NCBI GenBank assembly: GCA_048938385.1
Contig: JBHLMG010000014.1
Location: 1 to 61,124, forward strand
Reading direction: 5' to 3'
DNA length: 61,124 bases
Origin: Promethearchaeota archaeon
Lineage (GTDB): Archaea > Asgardarchaeota > Hermodarchaeia > Hermodarchaeales > Hermodarchaeaceae
Position 1 is the first letter of the stretch. Each line of letters begins with the position of its first letter. The notes below the pieces were generated by a model. The model worked only from the letters and a program-made list of their open reading frames with translations. It was not told the origin of the DNA and made no database searches. Shown here in pieces: positions 1-10,369 of the stretch. Position numbers and translations under genes: made by a program.

Positions 1-627
1 ATCAACGAAGGTGAGAGCTGTTTTTTCCACATATTCGTGCCCTAGATGGGGAGGATTGCGGGTTTGAAAAGCGACAATGGTTCGCCAACCGCGTTCTTTA
101 AACAAGATGCGGGTTTCCATGGGATAGAGGGTGACATCGGCGAAAGTCGTTGGCGTGCGGGGTACTACGGCTAGTTGACCGCTTAGTAGGAATTGACCCA
201 TTTCCTGCACACGCCCAACCCCTGGATGCTCGGCATCGGTGGTGCCAAAGATTTGCTGTGCGTAGTGTTTTTTGTCAACCTGATAGATTTCTTCAACGGA
301 GAGCTGGGCTACTCCCGCGTCATTGAGGGTAAGAGCAACCTGATCGCCGGCGGAGAAGCCGTTTGTTTGTTCAAGGTCTAAGACGATGGGAATGGTCCAG
401 GGGACATCAGAGGGGAGTCGCATGGAAGCGAGCACGGTCTGGGTGGCTTCTTCGGTCATGAATCCGGTGAGGGGGCTCAGAATGCCGTGTCCGATATTTT
501 GGATGATATCGCCCATCGCATCGGATATCGCGATGGTGGGATAATCGGATAACTCGGCGTGGAATTTCGTAGCTTGTTGTTCAGAGAGTAACTGTGAGAT
601 GAGGATACCACCATGGGGAGCATTCAC
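1..627 (-). CDS. sat: Sulfate adenylyltransferase, N-terminal part (runs off left edge)
   Basis: Manual translation from GTG 627: MNAPHGG...LSPLTGFM...WTIPIVL...AFQTRNPPHLGHEY, the ATP sulfurylase QTRN/HxGH motifs. Confidence 0.93.
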   Translation of the reverse strand, partial: MNAPHGGILISQLLSEQQATKFHAELSDYPTIAISDAMGDIIQNIGHGILSPLTGFMTEEATQTVLASMRLPSDVPWTIPIVLDLEQTNGFSAGDQVALTLNDAGVAQLSVEEIYQVDKKHYAQQIFGTTDAEHPGVGRVQEMGQFLLSGQLAVVPRTPTTFADVTLYPMETRILFKERGWRTIVAFQTRNPPHLGHEYVEKTALTFVD

Positions 628-642
628 TGTAGAGTTCGCCTC

Positions 643-876
643 CTAGTCGAGGTATCCTAACGCACGGAGCCGGTCTTTGACGCGCTTTTCGTCTTCGGGG
701 GTGAACGCTTGTTCCTTTGCTTGTTTGGCGTTCTCCTCTTCTGCAAAGATTTCCCGGAGAACATAGGTGACATATCCGGATACAGAGGAAAAACCGGTAT
801 CTTGAATGCGTTCTTGGATTTTATGGAAGAGCGTAATGGGGATGGATACCGTGGTATGTTTTTTAGCCTTGGGCAT
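643..876 (-). CDS. CopG/ribbon-helix-helix protein
   Basis: TTVSIP...GFSSVSGYVTYVLRE RHH pattern; C-terminal RLRALGY. Confidence 0.8.
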   Translation of the reverse strand: MPKAKKHTTVSIPITLFHKIQERIQDTGFSSVSGYVTYVLREIFAEEENAKQAKEQAFTPEDEKRVKDRLRALGYLD

Positions 877-993
877 GAAAGGGGGTCTCCAAGAAAGTTA
901 ATGGTATGGCATTAAGTGTAATGCCGTAGCATTAGCCCATATATTAACTCTTCGCTAGCAGGATGAAAAAGGAGCTGCAGAATTTAGTGGATG

Positions 994-2910
994 CTAATAG
1001 AGCCGAACCGTCTCAAAGTTCTGGAGGGCTCGTGTCTCTAACCGGCGTCGCTGTCCGATGTTACGGTGAAGGTGACTTGCCAAATGAATGCATTTACTGG
1101 CTTCACCGTGGCATGTGAGGATGCGTTCGGGTTTGGGTTGGATCCGGTGAGCGTAGTCGACGAGCTGCCGGCGGTCGCTGTGCCCGGAAAAGCCTTCTAC
1201 GGTGTGGATTTGGAGTTCAACCTTGATGACTTCACGGCGTTCGCCCGCGTTGCGGAAGGGGAGTTGACGCCGCCCTTTCTGGATGCGGCGACCTAGGGTG
1301 CCTTCGACTTGGTAGCTGACGAAGATGATCGAGTTGTCGGGATTACCAGCAAGTTGTTTGAAGTATTCGACGGAAGGGCCTCCGGTAAGCATACCGCTGG
1401 TGGCGAGGATAATGCAGGGGCCGGATTCAAGGATTTCATCTCGGACTTGGTGTCCGTTGACTTGGGTGAAGTATTCAGCCAAGAAGGGGTTTTGCCCTTG
1501 GTGGAAGATTTTATCGCGAAGTTCGCGTGCGAGATATTCAGGGTGCGCTGTGTGGATGGCAGTGGCTTCAATGATCATGCCGTCGACGAAGACTGGAGCT
1601 TCTAGAAGAGTACCGCGTCGCATGTATTCATCGAGGACGACAAGGAGTTCTTGTGCGCGTCCTACGGCGAGGACGGGGATGAGTACTTTGCCTCCTCGTT
1701 CGAGGGTGCGATTGATGTAGTCGACGAGTTGGCGTTCGGAGTTTTTCCGGGAAGGCATCAGATCTTGGGGTGCCCCGTAGGTGGATTCCATGATGAGGGT
1801 TTCGAGCCGTGGGAAGCGATCCGTCGAGGGTTCGAGGAGGCGACTCCGGGCGTACTTGAAGTCACCAGTGTAAGCGAGGTTGTACAATCCGTCGCCAATA
1901 TGGAGGTGGGCGATGCTGGACCCGAGGATGTGCCCAGCGTTGTGGAGGGTGAGGCGGACATCGGGGGCGATGTCGGTGACTTCGCCATAGTTGAGGGGGA
2001 TGGTGTGCATGATGAGTTTGCGAACATCTTTGAGTCCGTAAGGGGCAAGTTTGCCTTCTCGGTGGGCAACTTCGAGGTAATCCACTTGAAGCATGGTCAT
2101 TAGGTCTTGGGTAGGTGCGGTGCAATAGACAGGGCCTTCATATCCATATTTTAGAAGAAAAGGTACGAAGCCACAGTGATCGAGGTGGGCGTGGGTGATG
2201 ACGACGGCGTCGAGGGTGTTGAGGTCAAATTCGGGAAGGTCAAATCGTGGGAAGGCTTGGTCGGTAGCGCCAACATTCACACCGCAGTCGACCATGACAT
2301 TGGATTCCGGAGTTTGGACTAACATGGACATGCGACCGACTTCGCGGAAACCGCCTAGAGGTGTGAGGCGGATGTAGCTGCTGGGAAGGATGGAAGGGCG
2401 GTGGATGCGGCGACCGATGGTGCGGAGAACGGTTTTGCGTTCTTCGCTGGCGTTTTGGATGGCGTGGCGGACTTTAAGTACGGTATCAGATTTTAGGGGG
2501 GGTGTACGAATTACGGTTGGACGCCATAGAGTTTTGAGCCGGATTTCTTCTAAGGTGGTTCCGGTGCGTCCAATCACTAGACCTGGTTTTTTGGCTTCGA
2601 TTATGACCTCGCCGATGGTTTCGTTGAAAGTGATGCCGGTGATTTCGGCTTCTTCGGGAACGACTTTACGGATTTCTTCTTCTGAAATATCGTGGGGTTT
2701 ACGGATATTGGGGTCAGATCGGATTACAATGCGTTTCCGAAATTGTTTGGCCAGTTCTTTTATTGCGGTTTGGTCGCCAAAGGTCTGGGGTTTTTGGGCG
2801 TAAATGGCGATTTCTGGACCTTCGAATTCGATGTGCGTGACCTGAGCTGCTTTCGGAAGTTCTTTCGCAAGTGCTTGACGAAAATCTTCCAGCGGGTCTT
2901 CGATTGCCAT
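994..2910 (-). CDS. fttA: beta-CASP ribonuclease aCPSF1 / termination factor FttA
   Basis: N-terminal KH domains, HAHLDH metallo-beta-lactamase motif, GFSGHSD. Confidence 0.96.
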   Translation of the reverse strand: MAIEDPLEDFRQALAKELPKAAQVTHIEFEGPEIAIYAQKPQTFGDQTAIKELAKQFRKRIVIRSDPNIRKPHDISEEEIRKVVPEEAEITGITFNETIGEVIIEAKKPGLVIGRTGTTLEEIRLKTLWRPTVIRTPPLKSDTVLKVRHAIQNASEERKTVLRTIGRRIHRPSILPSSYIRLTPLGGFREVGRMSMLVQTPESNVMVDCGVNVGATDQAFPRFDLPEFDLNTLDAVVITHAHLDHCGFVPFLLKYGYEGPVYCTAPTQDLMTMLQVDYLEVAHREGKLAPYGLKDVRKLIMHTIPLNYGEVTDIAPDVRLTLHNAGHILGSSIAHLHIGDGLYNLAYTGDFKYARSRLLEPSTDRFPRLETLIMESTYGAPQDLMPSRKNSERQLVDYINRTLERGGKVLIPVLAVGRAQELLVVLDEYMRRGTLLEAPVFVDGMIIEATAIHTAHPEYLARELRDKIFHQGQNPFLAEYFTQVNGHQVRDEILESGPCIILATSGMLTGGPSVEYFKQLAGNPDNSIIFVSYQVEGTLGRRIQKGRRQLPFRNAGERREVIKVELQIHTVEGFSGHSDRRQLVDYAHRIQPKPERILTCHGEASKCIHLASHLHRNIGQRRRLETRALQNFETVRLY

Positions 2911-3247
2911 AATTTGTTCTACCTCGTGGGCTTTACTGATAGAGTGGAGCTGGATAGCGCAGAAATGGTTGAGGCTTACGCGAAGCCGTTGGAGCTAGTG
3001 AGATGTTCAAGGTGTTTCCCTACAGATGTCCCGGCAGTATGCCTTGACAATAAGTACGATAAGAGTTGGAAGTAATCGAAAACGGCGGTTCGGTGCGAAA
3101 ACCAGCGCGTAGCCGATTCGCCGTGGTTTGGTGACAGATGGCAATATATAAACTTTTTCAACCTTTCGGTGACAGAAATAATTGGAAAAGGAAAAACTAC
3201 TTGTTTGGTTGAACCTCGGTTTTCATTAGACATGTACTTTAAATCTG

Positions 3248-3700
3248 GTGGCTTTTGTGACGATTATTACCCTTGTTGGAAAGCGACAAGCTGAAGTGGG
3301 CAAAGAATTCGTGTACATGGGACGCACGAAGGAATGCATCGAATGTCCACTCCGTAAGGTGTGTTGTGATAAGTTGGAACCAGAACGAGTCTATATCGTA
3401 ATTAGCGTGCGAGACCGGGAGCATGAGTGTCCCCTGCATGAAGATGGCGTTCAGCTTGTAGAGGTGGAAGAATCCGGGCAACAGATCACCTTGCCTACTC
3501 ATCAGCTCTTTGAGGGGGCCGTGTTTACAGTGCATGTCCACCCCTGTGATCAGTGGGATTGTGAATACCATACCGCCTGTAATCCGACGGGAATTCGGGA
3601 TGGAGATCGGTGTCGAGTCGAAAAAGTTCACAATCGATCAAAGGTGAAATGCTCAAAAGAGCGGAAATTAGGTCTAGCAGATGTACAGCGCGTGAGCTAA
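3248..3700 (+). CDS. UPF0179 family protein
   Basis: ITLVG...CxxC...C...HxCxxH Cys pattern. Confidence 0.85.
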   Translation: MAFVTIITLVGKRQAEVGKEFVYMGRTKECIECPLRKVCCDKLEPERVYIVISVRDREHECPLHEDGVQLVEVEESGQQITLPTHQLFEGAVFTVHVHPCDQWDCEYHTACNPTGIRDGDRCRVEKVHNRSKVKCSKERKLGLADVQRVS

Positions 3701-3711
3701 CCAGAGTAGAG

Positions 3712-4524
3712 CTAGTCTGTGGCGGGTTTGGCTCCGAGTTCCCAGTCTTCGATGAAGCTGACTTGGGTGTACTTGTCTTTCATGTAGGTTTCAATGTCAT
3801 GGGTGAGACCAAGTTTCCAAAGTTGGAGAGATTGGTTGAGTAACACCCGTGGATCGGCTGTGATGGTGACTGTGACGGTTTTCCCTTTCGCGGCGACTTT
3901 GAGGCTGGTGGGATCTACACCTTCGAAGCGACGATGTAGAAAGGCTTCTAATTTTTCTTGCGTTCTGGTGAGTCTTTTCTTGACGACGATGTCGTAGTTT
4001 ATGGTATGTCCGGCCAGGATGTGATTGAAGTCGACGGTGACTCGACCCCCGCCCACATGGCGTACGGTTCCTGACTGATTGCCGATGCGAACACGCATAC
4101 CGCGGACTAGTTTCTGGTCGGTTTTGATACGGGCCCGAGGTATGATACGCACTTGGCTGCTGTCACGCACTCCAAAGGCTTTCTCAGGTTCGAGTTCAAT
4201 TTTTTTCGTTTCACCGACTTTCATGCCGAGGAGGGCCTCATCCACGCCTGGAACCATCCAGCCTTGTCCAACGATGACGAGGCGGGGTGCATAGGTTTCC
4301 TTTTCGTCGAAGACGCCTTCGGCTTTTGCCACCTCTTCCTTGGTTGTATCGAAAAGACGGTTGTCCTCACTGGTATAACCGGTAAAATCAGCGTAAATGA
4401 AGTCGCCTTCTTTCACTAATGGGATGGTTGCAGGAGGTTTGGCTTTGCTCGGGGTTTTTTTCGCCGTGGTGGTTTTTTTGGGTTTGGAAGACTTGGACAA
4501 TTCGTTCACCTTCGATGCGTGCAT
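3712..4524 (-). CDS. slyD: Long-type FKBP peptidyl-prolyl isomerase (SlyD-like); true start may be 4509 or 4500
   Basis: LFDTT, GVDEALLGM, PEKAFG, VDFNHILAG. Confidence 0.9.
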   Translation of the reverse strand: MHASKVNELSKSSKPKKTTTAKKTPSKAKPPATIPLVKEGDFIYADFTGYTSEDNRLFDTTKEEVAKAEGVFDEKETYAPRLVIVGQGWMVPGVDEALLGMKVGETKKIELEPEKAFGVRDSSQVRIIPRARIKTDQKLVRGMRVRIGNQSGTVRHVGGGRVTVDFNHILAGHTINYDIVVKKRLTRTQEKLEAFLHRRFEGVDPTSLKVAAKGKTVTVTITADPRVLLNQSLQLWKLGLTHDIETYMKDKYTQVSFIEDWELGAKPATD

Positions 4525-4594
4525 GGGAACGGCACGCTTAAGATTTTAAAATCCTTTTGTCTGCTAGCCTTAGTGTCTTGTTTCGAGTAATTTT

Positions 4595-5779
4595 GTGACC
4601 AAAAATTCGGTGATGAACCTCGTGAAGATTCTCATGGTTGTTGAGGCACATGTCAAGGGCGCAGGAGGGGGTCCGATGTATTGGGCTCAACTCAGTGAGC
4701 ACCTGGTTCGTCGTGGACATCAAGTGCAGATCCTCAGTGGTTTTAAACCTGATTCCGAGTTTGTTTCACCGAATACCGTGGGCTTGATACCTATTCGGGG
4801 GGATCTGCGTAGCCGATCCGGATGGACCCTGCTGAGCCGTTATTGGTTTCGGAAACGGTTTGTCCCTGTGGTTCGAACATTTGTTGAGCAATGGCAGCCG
4901 GATATCATTCACACGGTTCCCCCTATTGCTTCGGAAGCAGCCTTGCGAGCAGGAGTTGCCTTAGATATTCCAGTGGTGGCGTCAATTCTATCCCATGTAG
5001 AGGCACAATGGTCCCAGCTTGAACCTAACTGGTTGCGGGCTTACTTGTTCCGTCAACTGGAATTGCGTGCAATTCATCGCCCGTTTCGGCGTATCATCTG
5101 TTTGACGCGTCGGTCTCAGCAGGTATTACAGGCGGAGGGGATTCCTGAGGCGCGGATCGTGTATGTACCTCATGCAGTGGACACCGAGAAGTTCGGTTCA
5201 AAAGCTGTTGCGCGATTTCGCACTCAACTGGCATTGTCTGACGAAACTTTTGTGATTGGATATGCTGGTGTGCTATCGCGTGAGAAGGGAACCTTTCAGT
5301 TGTTTGAAGCGATGGCTCGTCTAGCCAATCTGCATAATCTTGCACTTTTAGTCGCAGGAGAACCTCTTCCAAGCCGTAGACGCCCACTAGCATTGAGAAA
5401 GGCTTTTCGCAATGTGTACTTTTTGGGACGGGTTGAACACGAAGATATGCCTGCGTTTATGGCTTCGTTAGATCTATTCATCATCCCGTCGTGGACGGAA
5501 ACCTTGCCCACCACTCTGCTCGAAGCCCTCGCTACAGGGGTTCCTGTCATGGCGTCAGCTGTGGGTGGAATCAAAGAGTTTCTGAAAAATCGCCTTGGGA
5601 TCATATTGCCTTCACTCAGGACCGAAGACATCGTCCAGGGATTAAATGCATGGATGCCTCGGCGTGAGGATTTGGAGGCGATGGGTCAGGCTGGTCAACG
5701 GTATGTACGGGAACATCATAACTGGAAGCGAACCAGCGAACTTACCGAAGGAGTCTATCAAGCATGTCTCAAGGGCTAG
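4595..5779 (+). CDS. Glycosyltransferase family 4
   Basis: GT-B fold; ETLPTTLLEALATGVPV. Confidence 0.9.
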   Translation: MTKNSVMNLVKILMVVEAHVKGAGGGPMYWAQLSEHLVRRGHQVQILSGFKPDSEFVSPNTVGLIPIRGDLRSRSGWTLLSRYWFRKRFVPVVRTFVEQWQPDIIHTVPPIASEAALRAGVALDIPVVASILSHVEAQWSQLEPNWLRAYLFRQLELRAIHRPFRRIICLTRRSQQVLQAEGIPEARIVYVPHAVDTEKFGSKAVARFRTQLALSDETFVIGYAGVLSREKGTFQLFEAMARLANLHNLALLVAGEPLPSRRRPLALRKAFRNVYFLGRVEHEDMPAFMASLDLFIIPSWTETLPTTLLEALATGVPVMASAVGGIKEFLKNRLGIILPSLRTEDIVQGLNAWMPRREDLEAMGQAGQRYVREHHNWKRTSELTEGVYQACLKG

Positions 5780-7425
5780 AAACTGGGAGTTCCCCTGGAA
5801 AGGGACCTAACATTGAAGCCAGGTTGACTCACAATATTGGAGCCGAAGTCATCACCGTTATCATTCAAATCGTGTTTGGGGTTGCTTCATCGATGTTGAT
5901 TGTCCGGGGTTTACCCCAAACGCCTGTATACGAGTTCTACATCTACATCCTAATTTTTGCCTGGGCAAATATCCTCGTTCCCGTGGGTATTGGTGGCATA
6001 GATGTGGCCCTGATGAAGCACATTCCCGAGGTAATGAGTAGCCAGTCCTCATCGCTGTACCGGGTTATCAGGTGGGCATGTGTAGCAAGTCTGGCAGCGA
6101 GCCTAGGAATTATTTTCTTGGTTAATTTACTCCTGGTGTGGCTACCACTAGGTTCCTTAGTCCCCGTGTATGTGGTGCCTTTCTTTCAACTCGCCTTAAT
6201 CACGGTGCCACTGGTAGCCGTGAGTATGATTTTACAGGGCGTGTTTCGGGGAATGCAAAAGATGCGCTTTTGCGCTGAAGCGATGGGAGTGTTCCACGGC
6301 ATCTTTGTCGCTGGACTCGTGTACTTGTTTTTCACAGGGACCATGAATATCCTCAGTGTCATTGTGATAAACCTTGTAGCCTCGACAGTGACCATCATTT
6401 TCGAAGTTGGTATCCTGGCGATGCTGTTACGGCAATACCGAAGAGAAGGCGTGATGGAAGGGGAGTCGGTATCTTCGCGGTTGATAACTGGAACGGCCTT
6501 ACAGGCGTTTGTTTTGACAATGCTTGGTGCTCTCTTTGTGAATAGCCCTTTGCTCATCGCTAACTTGTTTCGGACATCGGATGTGATTTTTGCAGGTTTG
6601 GGTCTAGCCTTGGGTGTATCGGTCTATCTTCACCAGGGGCAAGCTGCACCCTTCCGTGTGTTGATTCCTCGGGTGTCTGGTGATGTGAAAGCACAAGCTT
6701 GGGTGTCTTTGAAGCAATATACGCAACGAGCCTGGAAGCTGGGTCTGTTAGTTGCAGCCTTTGTAATGGTAACGATTGCCTTCTTTGCTAATCCTGTAAT
6801 GGTAGTGTTTTTTGCAGAAGCCGGAGTCGTGGCAGCACCCTTTCTTGTGTTGATGACTGGCAGCTTTCTGATTTATCCGCTAGCTACGATGTTAATGGAT
6901 ACTCTCATAGGGTTAGGAAAAATCCGCTCAGTTTTGGTAACCTATGCCGTGTGGAATGTAGTTAACATAGCGGCGCTTTGGCTGCTTTGCCCTCTAGCCG
7001 GAGAATTGGTCGCCGCGCTGATTTGGTTGGTGGGACTTCCCTTCCTTTCCTTCCTCATTGTGGTATTTAGGCAGCGTATCGCTATTCGAATGACGGTTCC
7101 GTTTCTCTCGCGCATCATTGGAGTACTACTCGGAATTAGTTTGGTGTCTTGTGTGGTTGTATGGGTAGGGGGCATGTTGATGGCGTTTTTGAGTCTTAGC
7201 GGGAGTGTGGCGTGGTTCTTCCAGATCGTGCTTCTGTTGGTATTATTACCGATTTCTGCTCTCTACTTTTGGAGCCTTATTAGGATCAGAGTACTAGATG
7301 CGATTGATGTGAATGCGTTAGTCCAAATCGTGGGTGTCCTTGATCCGATATCGCGTCCCATTGTTTGGTTCATTAAACGACTGAGCCGCATAACTGATCG
7401 GGAGCGAGTTAATTCAGCGGGATAG
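5764..7425 (+). CDS. Oligosaccharide flippase / polysaccharide biosynthesis membrane protein
   Basis: About 14 hydrophobic segments, Wzx/MOP-like, located between two GT4 genes. Confidence 0.75.
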   Translation: MSQGLETGSSPGKGPNIEARLTHNIGAEVITVIIQIVFGVASSMLIVRGLPQTPVYEFYIYILIFAWANILVPVGIGGIDVALMKHIPEVMSSQSSSLYRVIRWACVASLAASLGIIFLVNLLLVWLPLGSLVPVYVVPFFQLALITVPLVAVSMILQGVFRGMQKMRFCAEAMGVFHGIFVAGLVYLFFTGTMNILSVIVINLVASTVTIIFEVGILAMLLRQYRREGVMEGESVSSRLITGTALQAFVLTMLGALFVNSPLLIANLFRTSDVIFAGLGLALGVSVYLHQGQAAPFRVLIPRVSGDVKAQAWVSLKQYTQRAWKLGLLVAAFVMVTIAFFANPVMVVFFAEAGVVAAPFLVLMTGSFLIYPLATMLMDTLIGLGKIRSVLVTYAVWNVVNIAALWLLCPLAGELVAALIWLVGLPFLSFLIVVFRQRIAIRMTVPFLSRIIGVLLGISLVSCVVVWVGGMLMAFLSLSGSVAWFFQIVLLLVLLPISALYFWSLIRIRVLDAIDVNALVQIVGVLDPISRPIVWFIKRLSRITDRERVNSAG

Positions 7426-8586
7426 TAATGCGTAGTAGAGGGCTTCGAGCTTTTTGGTGATTGGTTCTCGAGTGAAATGCTTTCGGACCCGCTCTCGTCC
7501 TGCTAGTCCAAGTTGATGGCGATAGAGAGGATTTTGCAGAAGCGAAATGATTGCTTGAGCCAATGGAATGGGATCGAAGGGCGGGACGAGCAGACCCGTT
7601 TCTCGATCATTTACTACATACGGAATTCCACCAACTTGAGTTGCAACGACGGGTTTGCCCTGAGCCATGGCTTCTAAGAGAACGATACCAAAGGCTTCAG
7701 ACCGAGACCGGGATGGCAAAACAAAGAGATCGCAGGCAGAATAGGCGTCTCGCAGGCGTCGCTGGGAAAGCACTCCGAGAAACTGGACCGCCTGGGAAAG
7801 CCCATGCTGTGTAACCGTGGATTGTAACTCCGATTGTAGAGGACCCCCACCTACAATGAGAAGTTGAGCTGTGGGTATTTTCACAAGAACTCGACGAAAA
7901 GCCCGAAGAAGCACCCGAAGCCCTTTATAGGCAACTAAGCGCCCAACGAACAACAGTAAAGGCGTTTCAGCGGTGAAGCCAAAACTTTCCTTTGCGTGAA
8001 CAGAATCTAAGGGTGAAGCCAGAAAGTAGGGATTGACAGGTGGTGGAATTACAGAGGTTTTGCCTCGGTACCGTTGTAGGAAGGATGAACTTTCGAGGTA
8101 AATTGGAGAGGTCACAATAAGGCGTCTAGCGATGTTGGCAGCAATATGGCGAGAAATCCAATAGACCTGACTGAGCCATCGATGGAAGAACCGAGTTTTT
8201 GTGGCAATGTCACTGGGGAGTGCATCAGCGTGGTAGGTAATGACTAAAGGAAGCCCCGTCAGTCGACTGGAAAAGGCGGTGAAATCCACAGTCATTGGGG
8301 AGTTAATGTGGGCATGAAGAAGATCGCATCGATCCCGGATGAGTGCGGGGATTAATCCCGGTATGAAAGGATAGCTGAACGGACGACTAATCGCATGGAA
8401 GCGATGAATGTGAATGCCATCCCATAGTTCATACCAAGGCAGCCCGGGTAGATGTGCAGTATACACTTTCACATAGTGACCAGCATCAACCAGGCCTTTG
8501 GCGAGATTATAAGCGTATGTTTCGATTCCCCCTACGACCGGATGAAAGTCGTGAACGACCTGTGTGATACGGAGGGAATGCTCCAT
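7414..8586 (-). CDS. Glycosyltransferase family 4
   Basis: FHPVVGGIE N-terminus, FVGRL..YKG, EAFGIVLLEAMA. Confidence 0.92.
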   Translation of the reverse strand: MEHSLRITQVVHDFHPVVGGIETYAYNLAKGLVDAGHYVKVYTAHLPGLPWYELWDGIHIHRFHAISRPFSYPFIPGLIPALIRDRCDLLHAHINSPMTVDFTAFSSRLTGLPLVITYHADALPSDIATKTRFFHRWLSQVYWISRHIAANIARRLIVTSPIYLESSSFLQRYRGKTSVIPPPVNPYFLASPLDSVHAKESFGFTAETPLLLFVGRLVAYKGLRVLLRAFRRVLVKIPTAQLLIVGGGPLQSELQSTVTQHGLSQAVQFLGVLSQRRLRDAYSACDLFVLPSRSRSEAFGIVLLEAMAQGKPVVATQVGGIPYVVNDRETGLLVPPFDPIPLAQAIISLLQNPLYRHQLGLAGRERVRKHFTREPITKKLEALYYALLSR

Positions 8587-8593
8587 AAGGGTT

Positions 8594-9094
8594 TCACCCC
8601 GTTACATTCATGGGTAAATGCACCCAGAGCCCGTTGCCTCGTTGATTGCGAACCCACACTATTGCATCTGTAGCGGGATCGTATCGCCATAATTCAAAGG
8701 TGAGTCGGAAATTATTACCCACTTGGGTCATGTTCAGTTCAATGGGAATGACCCATCGGCTACCATGGCTTAGAATTCGCTGGTGTTCTAATAAGATGGG
8801 GGCTGAAGAAGGCGTTGACGCGGTTGCCATGGTAGTCGCATTCGCTAGCTTTGTGCGGACATAGTAGTACTGTGCGACTCCCATGTAATTGTAGATGTCC
8901 ACATTCACCGTGACATTACTGTATTGGGTGACATTGGTAGGGTACGGACCGGCTTGCATGTTTTCATTGAGTAGTGCAATTGTAGAAGTGTATTCCACAG
9001 GAGGAAGGAACCATACGGAAACCAGGAGGGTTCCTGTGGTGAAAACGATGGCGAACATGAGTATGGTCAGAACGGTCTGGGTATGCCTTCTCAT
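8594..9094 (-). CDS. DUF1616-like membrane-anchored extracellular protein
   Basis: One N-terminal TM; YPTNV...NYMG...RLTFELW...WVHL; several N-x-S/T sequons. Confidence 0.65.
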   Translation of the reverse strand: MRRHTQTVLTILMFAIVFTTGTLLVSVWFLPPVEYTSTIALLNENMQAGPYPTNVTQYSNVTVNVDIYNYMGVAQYYYVRTKLANATTMATASTPSSAPILLEHQRILSHGSRWVIPIELNMTQVGNNFRLTFELWRYDPATDAIVWVRNQRGNGLWVHLPMNVTG

Positions 9095-9642
9095 GATGCC
9101 GCCTCCAGTTGCTTTTCGGGTAGTTGGATCCGCATTTGAAGGAATTCGCGTTTTTTCTGTTTCCGATACCGCTGCCAGCGAGTAATGGCAAAGTACAAGA
9201 TTACCACGACTATAACGATGAGGGCAATGGTAATAGTCAGTTGGATTTGAAGTTGCAAAGTCACCGAATAGGAGCGGGTTTGCGCTTCGTTGGTAACGGC
9301 TTCCGCATCTATTTGCACGCTATTGGCTAGCGTGATGGCTTGTCCGTAATTAGCGGCATCGTATTCGCGTCGAGCCTGATTGAGGATGCCGATAGCATCG
9401 TTGAGTGAACTGATGAGGTCACTAACAGGGGCACCAGTTGCATCCGCTGTTCTCACATGCATGTATGCTGTATTGATTGCATCCTGCGCGGCGTTAATCG
9501 CTTGCAGCGCTTCTGACTGTTGTAATGGAGCCCTTGAGGAGGGGGGCGAGCTGTAGGACCAACCAGGGTAAACCCCAAGAAGCCCTGTTGTACCAAGGAG
9601 AACGAACACTGCAATAATGAACTTCCAGCGGTGAGGTATCAT
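9091..9642 (-). CDS. Exported helical protein with C-terminal TM anchor
   Basis: Signal-like N-terminus, Ala-rich helices, TM followed by basic tail. Confidence 0.7.
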   Translation of the reverse strand: MIPHRWKFIIAVFVLLGTTGLLGVYPGWSYSSPPSSRAPLQQSEALQAINAAQDAINTAYMHVRTADATGAPVSDLISSLNDAIGILNQARREYDAANYGQAITLANSVQIDAEAVTNEAQTRSYSVTLQLQIQLTITIALIVIVVVILYFAITRWQRYRKQKKREFLQMRIQLPEKQLEAAS

Positions 9643-9715
9643 ATGTGCCCGAAGAATAGGGAATGCAAAGGTTAAAAGAATCTTTGCTTAAGAGTCGAAG
9701 AAGAGCGTTAACCCC

Positions 9716-10369
9716 ATGTTACTCCGAGAGAAGGATACCTATGTCCCTGAAACAGTTCGCGAACTCATCTTGGAAGCCCTGCACAGCCGACGCTTCTCAA
9801 CAGTGCAAGGTGTAGTGAATGCGTTGAAAACAGCGGGGGTCCCAGAAGAGACCACATTAAAAGTGATTCGTGATTTAGCTCGTGAAGGCAAGGTTCTCCT
9901 CAATCTACCAGGAGGGGCCAAAGAAGCAGTAATGACCCCGGTTTCAACTATAGGGGGCTACCTGCGGAGTACACTCGCGTGGGATCTCTGGTTAACCCTC
10001 CTTTTACTCAGCCTGGGACTTGCCACTACCCTAGGAATCCCGGTTGATCTGTATCCGCTCGTTATTTTTCGATGGATTTTTGGCGGGTTACTCCTGGTCT
10101 TCGTGCCTGGATTTGCCTTTATTCGCGCTTTATTTCCTTTTGAACGATACATCGATCAGTGGGAGCGAATCGCCCTTTCGTTGGGGCTGAGCATCGCCTT
10201 AGCGGTACTGGTAGCCTTTGGGTTAAACTTCACGCCTTGGGGAATCACTTTATTACCGACAGCGACGGTCCTCGCAGTCATTACCCTTGGCAGTATTTTT
10301 ATTGCCACATTTCGTCGCGCAAAAATCTTAATCGCACCACCAGAAGCCTCTGAAGCTTCAGACAGTTAA
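9716..10369 (+). CDS. DUF1616 membrane domain protein
   Basis: FVPGFAFIRALFP...ERIALSLGLSIA...LNFTPWGI. Confidence 0.8.
   Translation: MLLREKDTYVPETVRELILEALHSRRFSTVQGVVNALKTAGVPEETTLKVIRDLAREGKVLLNLPGGAKEAVMTPVSTIGGYLRSTLAWDLWLTLLLLSLGLATTLGIPVDLYPLVIFRWIFGGLLLVFVPGFAFIRALFPFERYIDQWERIALSLGLSIALAVLVAFGLNFTPWGITLLPTATVLAVITLGSIFIATFRRAKILIAPPEASEASDS

Noticed and set aside
1066-3075. Many plus-strand ORFs over aCPSF1, and similar antisense ORFs elsewhere
   Set aside because: Shadow frames of well-supported genes.
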